NCBI RefSeq assembly: GCF_042231735.1
Contig: NZ_CP102577.1
Span: 2,783,281-2,847,280 of the forward strand
Direction: 5' to 3'
DNA length: 64,000 bases
Source: Corallococcus exercitus
GTDB lineage: Bacteria > Myxococcota > Myxococcia > Myxococcales > Myxococcaceae
Positions 53,711-63,726 of this stretch are shown piece by piece. Made by a program: the position numbers and the translations under genes. The notes under the pieces are model-generated. The model worked only from the letters and a program-made list of their open reading frames with translations. It did not search any database and was not told where the DNA came from. The number at the start of each line of letters is the position of its first letter. Positions within the stretch are counted from its first letter, which is position 1.

Positions 53711-54046
53711 ACCTGGGAGAGCCCGCGGGGGAACGCGGTCGGGACGGCGCGGACTCTATCGCACTTCCTGATTGACGCGAGGAGTCCACCTGTCGGGATT
53801 TCCCTCGGGAGCGCCCCCTCCTCCGGCCCCTCAGCGGCCGTGCGATCAGCCTCCACCGGGGGTGTTCCCACCCGCGGGAAGCAGCACGTCACAGGGGGAT
53901 GGATGAGTTCCGCTCATTGCCGCGTCGCGCCACCCGGGGGCCCAAACGGTGACGGCGAACACCCGTGACATCAGCGTCCTTGAGTCGGGAGGCCGCATCC
54001 GGAGTATAGGGGCGTCCCTTTCCTTTCCCTTCGAGGTCCTCCGCCC

Positions 54047-55054
54047 GTGTCCCGGCCCCGGTTGATCAAAGAAAACTCCGCGCCGCTTTCGCTCGCCCGA
54101 GAGCAGCTCATCCGCATCCACGACCTGATGGTGAAGGCGCGAGTCCTGGAGGAGCGCCTCATCCAGATGTACAAGCAGGGCCACGGCTACTTCTGGATTG
54201 GCGGCCCCGGTGAGGAGGCGTTCAACGTCCCCCTGGGCATGCTCATGAAGGTGGGCGAGGGCCCGGCCTACGACTACCTGCACGCGCACTACCGCCAGTC
54301 CGCGACGCTCCTGGCCATGGGCGAGGAGCCCATCGGGGCGCTGCGGCAGATGAAGAACACGGCCACGGACCCCTACTCCGGCGGCCGCAACTTCGCGGGC
54401 CACTTCAGCCGGCGCTCGAAGAACATCGCCCCGGTCACCTCCCCCATCGAGGTGCAGTACGCCATCGCGCCGGGCACGGCCATGGCCCAGAAGCGCCACG
54501 GCGGCGAAGGCATCACCATCGTCACGGGCGGCGACGCGGGCACGGCCGAGGGCGATTTCGCCAGCGGGCTCATCTGGAGCAGCCGCCCGGCGAACCCGCT
54601 GCCCATCCTGATCATCGTCACCAACAACAAGTGGGGCATCAGCACCACGTCGGACGGCCAGCACGGCGAGACGAACATCGCGGACCGCGCGCGCGCCTTC
54701 AACATCCCGGCGAAGACCATCAACGGCAATGATCCGGTGGAGTCCTACCAGGAGCTGCAGGCCGCGATGGACTACGTGCGCAAGGAGCGCAAGCCGTACT
54801 TCATCGAGGCGCGCGTGTCGCGCCTGTACGGGCACTCGTCCGCGTCCGGCGCCAACTTCGTGAACGAGGAGCAGGACTGCCTGCGCCTGTTCGAGGCGCG
54901 GCTGGAGCAGGAGGGCGTCCTCGACCGCAAGCAGATGGACGAGGTGCGCAACCGCTACACGGAGGAGCTGGCCGCCGCGGCGCGCACCGTGCGTGACGAG
55001 CCGCAGCCCTCTGGCGACTCCATCTGGGAACACATCTACGCGGAGAAGAAATAA
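54047..55054 (+). CDS. 2-oxoacid dehydrogenase E1 component alpha subunit (pyruvate / branched-chain keto-acid dehydrogenase E1alpha)
   Basis: TPP-binding motif (GGDAGTAEGDFASGL...IIVTNNKWGIST). It may correspond to a two-gene esg/bkd-type locus (inference). Confidence 0.85.
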   Translation: MSRPRLIKENSAPLSLAREQLIRIHDLMVKARVLEERLIQMYKQGHGYFWIGGPGEEAFNVPLGMLMKVGEGPAYDYLHAHYRQSATLLAMGEEPIGALRQMKNTATDPYSGGRNFAGHFSRRSKNIAPVTSPIEVQYAIAPGTAMAQKRHGGEGITIVTGGDAGTAEGDFASGLIWSSRPANPLPILIIVTNNKWGISTTSDGQHGETNIADRARAFNIPAKTINGNDPVESYQELQAAMDYVRKERKPYFIEARVSRLYGHSSASGANFVNEEQDCLRLFEARLEQEGVLDRKQMDEVRNRYTEELAAAARTVRDEPQPSGDSIWEHIYAEKK

Positions 55055-55056
55055 CC

Positions 55057-56112
55057 ATGGCGAACATGGCACAGGCCATCCGCATGGCCCTGCACTACGC
55101 GGAAGAGAACCTGGGCGTCACCGACATCTTCGGCGAGGACGTGGGCGCCCCGCTGGGCGGCGTCTTCACCTGCACCCAGGGCCTGAAGACGGCGTGGAAC
55201 AGCCCCCTGGACGAGCGCGGCATCATCGGCGCGGCCATGGGCCTGGCGATGGCGGGCAACCGCCCCGTCGCGGAGATCCAGTTCTGCGACTACATCTACA
55301 ACACCATCGACCTGCTCAAGCTCGCGGGCAACACGCACTGGGCGACGAACGGTGACTGGGCCATGCCCATGGTGGTGCGCACGCCCGTGGGCAGCGGCAT
55401 CCGCGGGTCGCTGTACCACTCGCATTCCTTCGACGCGACGATGACGCACATCCCCGGCTGGAAGGTGGTCATCCCCTCCACCCCGCTGGACGCGTACGGC
55501 CTGCTCATCTCCGCGTGCCAGGACCCCAACCCCGTCATGTTCCTGGAGCCCAAGGCGCTCCTGCGCGTGAAGGGAGACGAGCGCATCCCGGGCGAGCCCG
55601 AGGACGACCGCGCGCTGTCGAAGATGATCGACGCGCCGCTGGGTGACCGCTCGCAGTGGAAGCCCCAGTGGCCCACGCTGGAGGCGTTCGCGATCCCCAT
55701 TGGCAAGGGCAAGGTGGTGCGCGAGGGCACCCAGGCCACCGTCGTCAGCTACGGCCGCACGATGCCCCTGTGCATCAAGGCCGCGGCGCAGCTGGCGGAG
55801 GAGGGCCTGAGCGTGGAGGTCATCGACATGCGCTCGCTCTGGCCGTACGACTGGGACCTCATCAAGGCCTCCGTCCAGAAGACGGGCCGCGTGCTCTTCG
55901 TCAACGAGGACACCGAGGTCACGAACTTCGGCGAGCACCTGGTCCGGCGCACCGTGGAGGAGCTGTTCTACTCGCTGCTCGCGCCGCCCCGGCTGGTGGC
56001 CGGCAAGTTCATCCCGGGCATCGGCCTGGCGGACGCGCTGGAGATGGCGTCCGTGCCGCAGCAGAACGACATCACCACCGCCCTGCGCAGCCTCTGCGGC
56101 GAGCAGCCGTAG
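55057..56112 (+). CDS. 2-oxoacid dehydrogenase E1 component beta subunit
   Basis: Transketolase-like pyrimidine-binding and C-terminal domains (GEDVGAPLGGVFTCTQGL, RTPVGSGIRGSLYHS). Starts 2 nt after E1alpha. Confidence 0.85.
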   Translation: MANMAQAIRMALHYAEENLGVTDIFGEDVGAPLGGVFTCTQGLKTAWNSPLDERGIIGAAMGLAMAGNRPVAEIQFCDYIYNTIDLLKLAGNTHWATNGDWAMPMVVRTPVGSGIRGSLYHSHSFDATMTHIPGWKVVIPSTPLDAYGLLISACQDPNPVMFLEPKALLRVKGDERIPGEPEDDRALSKMIDAPLGDRSQWKPQWPTLEAFAIPIGKGKVVREGTQATVVSYGRTMPLCIKAAAQLAEEGLSVEVIDMRSLWPYDWDLIKASVQKTGRVLFVNEDTEVTNFGEHLVRRTVEELFYSLLAPPRLVAGKFIPGIGLADALEMASVPQQNDITTALRSLCGEQP

Positions 56113-56226
56113 GCCGCCCTCGTTCCACCGAGCGCGGAAAGTCACACGGGCCGCCGTTCCTCTTTGGAGGCCGGCGGCCCTGTCGTTAGAATCCCAACTT
56201 CCGTGTCCCAGCCCATCGTCCGCACC

Positions 56227-56694
56227 ATGACCCCCGCCCCTGACGCCAACGCCTTCCGTATCCGCCGCGCGCGCCGTGGCGACGCCGAGGTCATGGCCCT
56301 GCTGCTGCGCGAGCTGGGCTACCCCCAGGGCACCGATCAGCAGACGGTGCACTGGGTCATCAGCCATCCGGAGATTGAGATCTTCGTCGCGGGAGATCCG
56401 CAGGACCGCGCGGTGGGCATGGTGTCCTTCTCCCACCGGCCGCAGCTGCGGCTGCGCGGGCGCGTGGCCACCGTGGACGAGCTCGTCGTGTCCGAGGGCT
56501 GGCGCCGCCGGGGCGTGGGCCGCGCGCTGCTCGCGCAGGTGGCCCAGCGCGGCAAGGTGCTGAGCGTGAAGCAGCTCCAGCTCATCGCCCCCATCAACGT
56601 CACCGACGAGACGCGCGCCTTCTACCGGGCGTGCGGCTACGTGGAAGGCGACTCCGGGGTGTTCCGCCACGCGGAGTACGAGCCGCAGAAGTAG
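56227..56694 (+). CDS. GNAT-family N-acetyltransferase
   Basis: Acetyl-CoA-binding motif (RRGVGRALL). The start may be 56164. Confidence 0.7.
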   Translation: MTPAPDANAFRIRRARRGDAEVMALLLRELGYPQGTDQQTVHWVISHPEIEIFVAGDPQDRAVGMVSFSHRPQLRLRGRVATVDELVVSEGWRRRGVGRALLAQVAQRGKVLSVKQLQLIAPINVTDETRAFYRACGYVEGDSGVFRHAEYEPQK

Positions 56695-56717
56695 CGATGA
56701 GGGTGGCGGTGCCGCGA

Positions 56718-56771
56718 GGGCCGGGCGCTCGGCCCGGGCCCCTTCGCGACAGGAGAGCGCTTTTCAGCGCT
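56718..56771. terminator. two GC-rich hairpins between the convergent GNAT (+) and PilZ (-) genes
   Basis: gggccg-ggcgct-cggccc (56718-56735) and agcgc-tttt-cagcgct (56756-56771). The second overlaps the PilZ stop. Confidence 0.4.
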
Positions 56772-57120
56772 TGAAGCTCGCGATGACGCGGCGCAGGCGC
56801 TCGTGGTCCTCTTCGCTCACGTCGATGAAGCGCACGCCGATGGCCTCCGCCTCGTCGCGCACCCAGGCGACGATGCCGGTGAGGTGGAACTCCTCGCCGT
56901 CCACCACCATGGCCAGCCGCACCTGCGCGCCCACGTCGTAGGACTTGCGCGTGCGCAGGCACAATCCACCGGCGGACAGGTTCAGCGAGTAGGCCCGCAG
57001 CGCACGCGCCGCGTCCTCCATCTGCTCGAAGCGCACCTCGAACCGCGCCGCCACGCGCTCCTCGGCGCGACGGTTCATGTACGGGTCTGGTTCCACCGGC
57101 CCATCCAACTTCGTGTTCAT
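56764..57120 (-). CDS. PilZ-domain protein (c-di-GMP-binding), stand-alone
   Basis: RRxxxR (RRAEER) and DxSxGG (NLSAGGL) PilZ motifs. Confidence 0.75.
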   Translation of the reverse strand: MNTKLDGPVEPDPYMNRRAEERVAARFEVRFEQMEDAARALRAYSLNLSAGGLCLRTRKSYDVGAQVRLAMVVDGEEFHLTGIVAWVRDEAEAIGVRFIDVSEEDHERLRRVIASFKR

Positions 57121-57247
57121 GCGCACCCTGACCCCCTCGGTTCTCGGACCGGAAGTGTCGGCTGGTTTCCAGGCCCGGTTCAAGGGCCCCCGGACGACGG
57201 AACGCCTCGTGTAAGTCCCAGGCTACTTCGACGCCAGGAGTTTCCGG

Positions 57248-58144
57248 ATGCGTGCACGTCTCGTGTTGTTGGGTGGCGCCCTGCTGATGGGGCTGTGGGT
57301 GGCGGGCTGCGACGACGAACCAACTGTCCGGCCGCCAACGGATGCGGGCACTACCCTGGATTCCGGGACGGACGCCGGTGATTCCGGGACTGTCGACCCG
57401 GGTGACGGCGGGGGCGGCGGAAGCTCCGACTTCGCGTGCAACGTGCCGAAGCAGGAGGGCTGCGCGGCGGGCCAGAACTGTCTGTACACGGACCTGACGG
57501 ATGGCGGCACGGGCAGCCAGTGCTTCGCGGGCGCGTGCGACGTGGTCCGCCAGAGCGGCTGTCCGGCCGGACAGCGGTGCACCTACGTGGGTTCGGACGG
57601 CGGGACCACGCAGCGCCAGTGCGTCGCGGCGGGCACCGCCACGGAGGGCGCGCCGTGCACGCTGGCCGAGTTGCCTCCGGGACAGACGTATGACACGTGC
57701 GCGGCGGGCCTCTACTGCAAGGACGAGACGCAGGGCGACGGCGGCACGGCGTTCTTCTGCCGCAAGCTGTGCCACGCGACGTCCGACTGCGGCTCCGGCG
57801 AGTGCAACACCGTGCTGCGCCTGACGGGCACGCGCGAGCTGCCGCTGGTGTGCGGCCCGGCCTCCGCGTCGTGTGATGCGTTCGCGCAGGACTGCGAGAG
57901 CCCGCTGGCCTGCTACCCGACCACCACCGGCCCGGTGTGCGCGGGCCAGGGGGCGCTGGGCGAAGGCGCCGCGTGCGAGTTCAGCAACCAGTGTTCACGG
58001 GGAAGCACCTGCGTGATGGCCGGCGGCAGCGGCACGTGCCGGACGCTGTGCCGGCTGCCCGCGGGCTCGCCGGGGTGCGCGGACGGCGTGGCCTGCCGGC
58101 CCATCAACAACAACGGCAGCGACGTGGGCGCCTGCGTCCCATAG
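57248..58144 (+). CDS. Cys-rich repeat lipoprotein
   Basis: Signal plus lipobox (LWVAGC). Four or five repeated Cys modules (C..GC.AGQ.C.Y). Confidence 0.6.
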   Translation: MRARLVLLGGALLMGLWVAGCDDEPTVRPPTDAGTTLDSGTDAGDSGTVDPGDGGGGGSSDFACNVPKQEGCAAGQNCLYTDLTDGGTGSQCFAGACDVVRQSGCPAGQRCTYVGSDGGTTQRQCVAAGTATEGAPCTLAELPPGQTYDTCAAGLYCKDETQGDGGTAFFCRKLCHATSDCGSGECNTVLRLTGTRELPLVCGPASASCDAFAQDCESPLACYPTTTGPVCAGQGALGEGAACEFSNQCSRGSTCVMAGGSGTCRTLCRLPAGSPGCADGVACRPINNNGSDVGACVP

Positions 58145-58363
58145 GCAAGGGATTGCCCACGGAAGGAAGCTCCCCGGCCCGGGGTGGCGAGCGCGCGGGT
58201 CCTCCCGGGGGCCGGCCCGCCACCGCCTGGGGCGGGCCCTGCGCCGTCCGTTCCCGGCGCGGGGATGTTCAGGGCCTCCCGGGATTGGCGCGCGCCATGA
58301 ATCCCCCGGGTCGCCGCGAAGGCACGTCGTGCACATTGTCTTGCGCCGGGAGGTGTCGTGGGC

Positions 58364-59635
58364 ATGGGTCTGAGGAAGGCGCTGCGCTGGGGATGTTTCG
58401 GGGTCCTGGGCCTGCTGGCGGGGTGTGGGGGCATGGACGACGGCGGCTCGCCGGAGGAGCCCTTCGGCGCGGGCCAGACGGACGCCCGGGTCACCGCGCC
58501 GGCGGATGCCGTGGAGGCCGCGCCCGCGCTGACGCTGCATGACGAGCGCCGGGTCCAGGCCACGCCGCCCGTGGCGCCCCTGCCCGCCCGGTTCCAGCCC
58601 GCCTTCCACCAGGCGCTGCGGGAGTCGCTCTCCGTGGGCAGCTTCACCACGTTCCGGATGAAGGTGCCGGTGGGGCGCGCGGGCAGCCGCGTGCGCGTCA
58701 CCTTCCGCTCCGGTGACGGCAGCCTGACGCTGCAGCGGGCCACGGTGGCGAAGGCTGGCGCCAACGGCGCGCTGGCGTCCGCTCCGGTGGCGCTCACCTT
58801 CAGCGGCAACGCGGGCTTCACCACGGGCACGCGCACGCTGGTGACGTCGGATGCGGTCGCGTTCCCGGTGGGCTTCGGCGACGAGCTGGCCATCTCCTTC
58901 GAGGTGAAGGGCGCCCTGGGCAAGAGCCGCATCCAGGCGTTCCCGGACAGCTGGACGCGGGCCGGGGCGTACGCGACGGCGCAGGGCGCGCTGGGCGGCC
59001 AGGCCTGGGCGTTCGCCACGGGCGTGGCGACGGTGGACGTGGAAGGGACGCCGGGCCGGGCCTTCGTGACCATCGGCGACAGCATCACGGAAGGCTACAT
59101 GGACGACCAGAACGACACGCGCGACACGTGGTCGTTCCTGACGCAGCGGCAGCTCGGCCTGCCGGTGGTGAACTCGGGGGCGTCCGGGCAGGGCTTCTGG
59201 GACGCGAACCTCCAGCTGCCGCAGGAGGTGCTCTCCCTGCAGGGCGTCACCGACTGCATCGTCCTGCTGGGCGTCAACGACCTGGCCGCGGAGGACATGA
59301 CGGTGCCGAAGCTGCAGCAGCGGATGACCCAGCTGCTGGATCAGCTCCAGCCCATGTGCCGGCTGTGGGTCAGCACGCTCTTGCCCAAGGAGAAGATGGG
59401 CGCCGACGGCGGCGACGTGGAGCTGATGAAGGCCCAGCGCCACGAGTTCAACGCGTGGATCCGCGGCCTGACGCGCGCGGATGTCATCGACCTGGAGGCC
59501 GTGACGCGCCAGCCGGGCAACGTGGACCTCTTCATCGACGGCCTGGAGACCGACGGCATCCACCCGAACGCGAAGGGCCACCAGCTCATGGCGGCCGAGG
59601 TGGTCCGGGTCCTCAAGGCGAAGGGCGGCCTGTAG
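58364..59635 (+). CDS. SGNH/GDSL-hydrolase-domain lipoprotein
   Basis: Lipobox (LLAGC). The SGNH blocks are present (GDSITEG, GVNDL, DGIHPN). Confidence 0.7.
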   Translation: MGLRKALRWGCFGVLGLLAGCGGMDDGGSPEEPFGAGQTDARVTAPADAVEAAPALTLHDERRVQATPPVAPLPARFQPAFHQALRESLSVGSFTTFRMKVPVGRAGSRVRVTFRSGDGSLTLQRATVAKAGANGALASAPVALTFSGNAGFTTGTRTLVTSDAVAFPVGFGDELAISFEVKGALGKSRIQAFPDSWTRAGAYATAQGALGGQAWAFATGVATVDVEGTPGRAFVTIGDSITEGYMDDQNDTRDTWSFLTQRQLGLPVVNSGASGQGFWDANLQLPQEVLSLQGVTDCIVLLGVNDLAAEDMTVPKLQQRMTQLLDQLQPMCRLWVSTLLPKEKMGADGGDVELMKAQRHEFNAWIRGLTRADVIDLEAVTRQPGNVDLFIDGLETDGIHPNAKGHQLMAAEVVRVLKAKGGL

Positions 59636-59737
59636 GCGCCTGCCCGGCTGGAAAGCGCACGAGGGGTTTGAATAGTTTCGGGGGCGCCCCGTCCAGGCAG
59701 CGTTCCCCAGCTTTCACAACTCCCGGAGCACACCCCC

Positions 59738-60091
59738 ATGCGCGCCCTGCCCGCCGCCCTCGTCGTCGCCTGCCTCGCCCTGCCCTCGCTCGTCCACGCG
59801 TCCGCGCTGCGCTGTGACAACAAGCTCGTGTCGGAGGGGTCCTCCAAGGCGGACGCGCTGGCCAAGTGCGGTGAGCCCGTGTCGAGGGAGACCAAGACGC
59901 AGTACGTGACCAACAAGGCCCGGACCGGGACGCGGGACGCGAGCCGCTACGACGAGGCCGCCACCGAGGTCACGACCTCCACGACCGTGGAGGAGTGGAC
60001 CTACAACTTCGGCCCCAACCGGCTCATGCAGACCGCCATCTTCCGGGACGGCCGCCTCGTGGAAGTGCGCAGCGGCTCCTACGGCTACTGA
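59738..60091 (+). CDS. small secreted protein (DUF2845-like)
   Basis: Signal peptide, two Cys residues, 117 aa. Confidence 0.5.
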   Translation: MRALPAALVVACLALPSLVHASALRCDNKLVSEGSSKADALAKCGEPVSRETKTQYVTNKARTGTRDASRYDEAATEVTTSTTVEEWTYNFGPNRLMQTAIFRDGRLVEVRSGSYGY

Positions 60092-60123
60092 CGGACTCCG
60101 GAGAGCCGCCGGCGGGCCTTTCG

Positions 60124-60846
60124 TCATGCGGACGGCGCGGTGGCCTCCAACAGCCCGTGCTTCTGGAGCAGCGCGGCCAGCGCGGGGGGCGCGAGCATCC
60201 AGTCCTCGCGGGTGGGCACCCAGCGCACGGGGGCGCCAGCGGCGGCGAGCCGCGCGTTCACCTCCGCGATCATCGGGGCGAAGGTGGGCTGCGGCACGTC
60301 CCAGCTTCCCACGCCGGCCTGGACCTCCACGGCGCCAGGCTCCACTCGCACCGCGGGCTGGCCCTGCACCGGATGAAGGGCGAAACCCGGCAGGTAGGGC
60401 TGCATGGCGGCGGACAGCCGCTCCAGCAGCGTCGGGTCCTCGAAGGGGTGGGCGCCCTCCAGGTCGAAGAAGGTGGGCAGCTGCGCCTGGAGCTCGTCGC
60501 GCAGCGGGTCCTCCTTGCTGTCGCGCCAGGCGTGCTCGGCCAGGACGCGGGCCTCGTGGGGGATGCGGATCTCCCAGCGCTCCAGGAGCGCGAGCAGCTC
60601 CGCCACGCGCTCCACCTCCTCCCACGGCGGCTCCACGCGCGTGAGCCAGGCCACCTCCGCCACCGTCTGTCCCCGGCGCAGGCCCGTCACCCGGTCCCCC
60701 TTGCGCAGCTGGAAGGGCGGCGCCTGGGTGAACTCCTGATCCGGATAGAGGGCGGTGTGCAGCAACCCCGTCCCGTGCTCCGGGCGCACGCGCGCGAAGC
60801 CGTGCTTGGGGTTGATCTCCTCCACGACGAACGTCTCCTGGGCCAT
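60124..60846 (-). CDS. hypothetical protein
   Basis: 240 aa with good GC3 and no motif. Confidence 0.45.
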   Translation of the reverse strand: MAQETFVVEEINPKHGFARVRPEHGTGLLHTALYPDQEFTQAPPFQLRKGDRVTGLRRGQTVAEVAWLTRVEPPWEEVERVAELLALLERWEIRIPHEARVLAEHAWRDSKEDPLRDELQAQLPTFFDLEGAHPFEDPTLLERLSAAMQPYLPGFALHPVQGQPAVRVEPGAVEVQAGVGSWDVPQPTFAPMIAEVNARLAAAGAPVRWVPTREDWMLAPPALAALLQKHGLLEATAPSA

Positions 60847-60855
60847 GGCTCTTCT

Positions 60856-63525
60856 CTAACCGGTGTTCCGCATGCCCGCAGCGATGCCGTTGAGCGCCAG
60901 CAGCAGCGGCCGGTCGCACTCCGCGTCTCCGTCGCGCTTGCGCTTGAGCAGCTCCACCTGGAGGAAGGACATGGGGTCCACGTAGGGGTTGCGCAGCGCG
61001 ATGCTCCGCTGCAGCTGCGGGTTGTTGTCCAAGAGCTTCGCCTCCCCGGTGAGCGACTTCACCGCGCGGCGCGTGCGCGAGTGCTCCTGCTGGATGCGCA
61101 GCCACAGGGGCCGCGTGGACGCGGGGGCCAGCTTCGCGTACCGCGCCGCGATGGCCATGTCCGTCTTGGCCAGCACCATGGTCACGTTGTCGATGACCGT
61201 GTGGAAGAAGGGCCACTCCTTGTACATGCGCTGCAAGAGCGCCGCGCCCTCCGGCGTGGCCGCGTACGCCTCCAGCGCGCTGCCCACGCCGTACCAGGCC
61301 GGGAGGATGGCGCGCGTCTGCGTCCACGCGAAGCTCCAGGGGATGGCGCGCAGCGTGTCCAGCCCGCCCGCCTTGCGCTTGCTGGGGCGCGAGCCGATGG
61401 GCAGCGCGGCGATCTCCTCCACCGGCGTGCCCGTCATGAAGAACTCCACGAAGCGCGGGTCCTCCCAGACGAGCGCGCGGTACGCCTTGCGCCCCTCCTC
61501 CGCCAGCACGTCGAAGGCGGCGCGGAAGGCGGACTCGTCCTCCGGGGACGGGCGCGGCTGCGCGTCGAGCGTGTGCAACAGCACGCCGCCCACCACCAGC
61601 TCCAGCGTGCGCTGCGTGAGCTCCGGGCGCGCGTACTTGTGGTCCATCGCCTCGCCCTGTTCGGTGGCCTTGTAGGCCCCGGCCACCGTGCCCGGCGGCA
61701 GCGCGAGGATGGCCGTCTGGGCGGGGCCGCCGCCGCGCGCCACCGTCTCACCCCGGCCGTGGAACAGGCGCAGGGGCACGTCGTGCTCGTCCGCCACGTG
61801 GGTGAGCGCCACCTGGGCGCGGTACAGCGCGGCGGCCGCGGCGAGCAGGCCCACCTCCTTGCCGGAGTCGCTGTAGCCCACCATCACCTCCTGCACGCCC
61901 CGGCCCTTCAGGTGCTGGCGGTACTCCGGGTGCGCGAAGAGCTGGCGCAGCACGTCCGGCCCGCCGTCCAGCGCGCCCAGCTGCTCGAAGAGGGGCGCCA
62001 CGTCCACGGTGGCGCACTGGAGCTTCGCGTCCCAGAGCCCCGCGTGCTTCAGGCACTGGAAGGCCGCCAGCACGTCGTCCGCCGTGGAGGCCATGGAGAG
62101 GATGAGCGTGCGGCAGACGGACTCGCCGCCCTCGTCCTGGCCCTCGCGCAGCTTCGCCAGCACCTCCAGGAGCCGCTTGCCGCCCTCGGTGGGGGCCGGT
62201 CCGCCGTTGAAGGACGCCGCCGCGCTCACCGCGTCCTCCGCGGGGGCCCGGACCTCCAGTTCGCCCAGGCCCAGGCCCAGCGCGCGGACGCGCTCGGACA
62301 TGCGGCGCACCTCGCGCAGGCCCGCGTGCTCCGCGCGCGCCGCGAAGAGCGACCGCTCCAGCACCGCGAGGTCGTCCCCCAGCGCCTCCGGTGAGCGGTA
62401 GGCCCCGGGCGGCAGCGTGGACGCCTGGCCCCGCCGCCGCGCCAGCACGTGCTCCAGCGCCAGCGACAGCCGCTCCTCCATGAAGCGCAGCTTGCGGCGC
62501 CACGGCTCTCCCAGCGTGCGCGGGCCCTGCTGCTTCGCCACGTCCGGCAGCGCCTTCGCGTCCTCCTCCAGCGAGCGCTCCAGCTCCTGGGTGGGGCGCG
62601 CGTGCCGCTCCGACTGCGACAGCATCCCGCCCAGCCGCTCCACGTCGCGCAAGAGCAGCCGCAGCCCCCGGGCGCGGTGCGCGCGCAGCGTGTCCGCGAA
62701 CACCTCCGGCGTCACCAGCGGGTTGCCGTCCATGTCGCCGCCCACCCACGAGTGCACGCGCACGGGCGTGTCCAGCACGCCCAGGGGCTCGCCGTAGGCG
62801 CGCTCGAAGGCCCAGTCCAGCGCCTCCGGCAGCCGGGCCACCGGCTCCGACAGCATCTCCTCCACGTACCAGTGGACGTTCTTCACCTCGTCGCCCACGG
62901 TGGGGCGCTCGCGGCGCAGCTCGTCCGTCTGCCAGAGCGCGGTGATCTCCTCGCGCATGGCCGAAAGGTTCGCGGCCGACTCGCGCGGGGTGAGCGCGCA
63001 GCGGTCGCGCTCCTCCAGGAGCTGCGCCAGCCGGTAGAGCTTCTCCAGCAGCGTCCGCCGGACCGCCTGGGTCGGGTGCGCGGTGAACGTCAGCGTCACC
63101 TTCAGCGTGCCCAGCGTCTCCCGCACCTTGTCGGCGCTCACGCCCGCGGCCTTCAGCGTCAGGAGCGTCGCCTCCAGTGAACCCTTCTGGGGCCGGGTGG
63201 CGGTGGGGCTCGCGTGGGCCCGGGCGCGGCGGATGCGGTGGTGCTGCTCAGCAAGGTTGACCAGCTGGAAGTAGACGGAGAAGGCGCGCAGCACCGGCTC
63301 CACCTGCTCCGAGGGCAGCCTGCGCAACACCGCCGCCAGCTCCGCCGCCGCGGCGCGTCGTCCCGCCACCGGACCGCGCCGCCGCTGGATGGCCAGGTGC
63401 CGGACCTCCTCCTCCTTGTCGAACAGGGCCTGTCCCTCCTGTTCCACCAACACCTCACCCAGCAGCCGGCCCAAGAGCCGGACATCCCGCCGCAGCGGGG
63501 GATCCACGGGACGTGAACGCGCCAT
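60856..63525 (-). CDS. ppc: phosphoenolpyruvate carboxylase
   Basis: PEPC signatures (TFTAHPTQ, VMVGYSDSGKEVG) and a C-terminal ...MRNTG. 889 aa. Confidence 0.92.
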   Translation of the reverse strand: MARSRPVDPPLRRDVRLLGRLLGEVLVEQEGQALFDKEEEVRHLAIQRRRGPVAGRRAAAAELAAVLRRLPSEQVEPVLRAFSVYFQLVNLAEQHHRIRRARAHASPTATRPQKGSLEATLLTLKAAGVSADKVRETLGTLKVTLTFTAHPTQAVRRTLLEKLYRLAQLLEERDRCALTPRESAANLSAMREEITALWQTDELRRERPTVGDEVKNVHWYVEEMLSEPVARLPEALDWAFERAYGEPLGVLDTPVRVHSWVGGDMDGNPLVTPEVFADTLRAHRARGLRLLLRDVERLGGMLSQSERHARPTQELERSLEEDAKALPDVAKQQGPRTLGEPWRRKLRFMEERLSLALEHVLARRRGQASTLPPGAYRSPEALGDDLAVLERSLFAARAEHAGLREVRRMSERVRALGLGLGELEVRAPAEDAVSAAASFNGGPAPTEGGKRLLEVLAKLREGQDEGGESVCRTLILSMASTADDVLAAFQCLKHAGLWDAKLQCATVDVAPLFEQLGALDGGPDVLRQLFAHPEYRQHLKGRGVQEVMVGYSDSGKEVGLLAAAAALYRAQVALTHVADEHDVPLRLFHGRGETVARGGGPAQTAILALPPGTVAGAYKATEQGEAMDHKYARPELTQRTLELVVGGVLLHTLDAQPRPSPEDESAFRAAFDVLAEEGRKAYRALVWEDPRFVEFFMTGTPVEEIAALPIGSRPSKRKAGGLDTLRAIPWSFAWTQTRAILPAWYGVGSALEAYAATPEGAALLQRMYKEWPFFHTVIDNVTMVLAKTDMAIAARYAKLAPASTRPLWLRIQQEHSRTRRAVKSLTGEAKLLDNNPQLQRSIALRNPYVDPMSFLQVELLKRKRDGDAECDRPLLLALNGIAAGMRNTG

Positions 63526-63726
63526 ATCGGACCGGCACCGTAGTCCTTCGCCCCCCGCCCTCCCCTACCCAATCTCGGATTTTCGGCCAACGTCGAACGG
63601 AGGACGCTCTCCGTCCTTGCAGGAAAAATTTAGCCTCCCGGTCTTCCCTTTAGGACATGGCTTCCATTAGAAAGTGGGCGCACCCGGACCCTGCCGGGAT
63701 GTCTGACCTGACCCTGAAGGAGTGGC

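Noticed and set aside
49362-53968. Plus-strand ORFs 49362..52061 (899 aa) and 51875..53968 (697 aa), and minus-strand 53846..55072 (408 aa) and 55036..56670 (544 aa)
   Set aside because: Antisense to the TPR, PP2C and E1 alpha/beta genes respectively. R/G/A/H-dominated with no recognisable motifs.
59995-62394. 799-aa plus-strand ORF antisense to phosphoenolpyruvate carboxylase, and 57995..59581 (528 aa) antisense to the lipoprotein genes
   Set aside because: Frame artefacts. The phosphoenolpyruvate carboxylase frame carries the TAHPT and GYSDS signatures.
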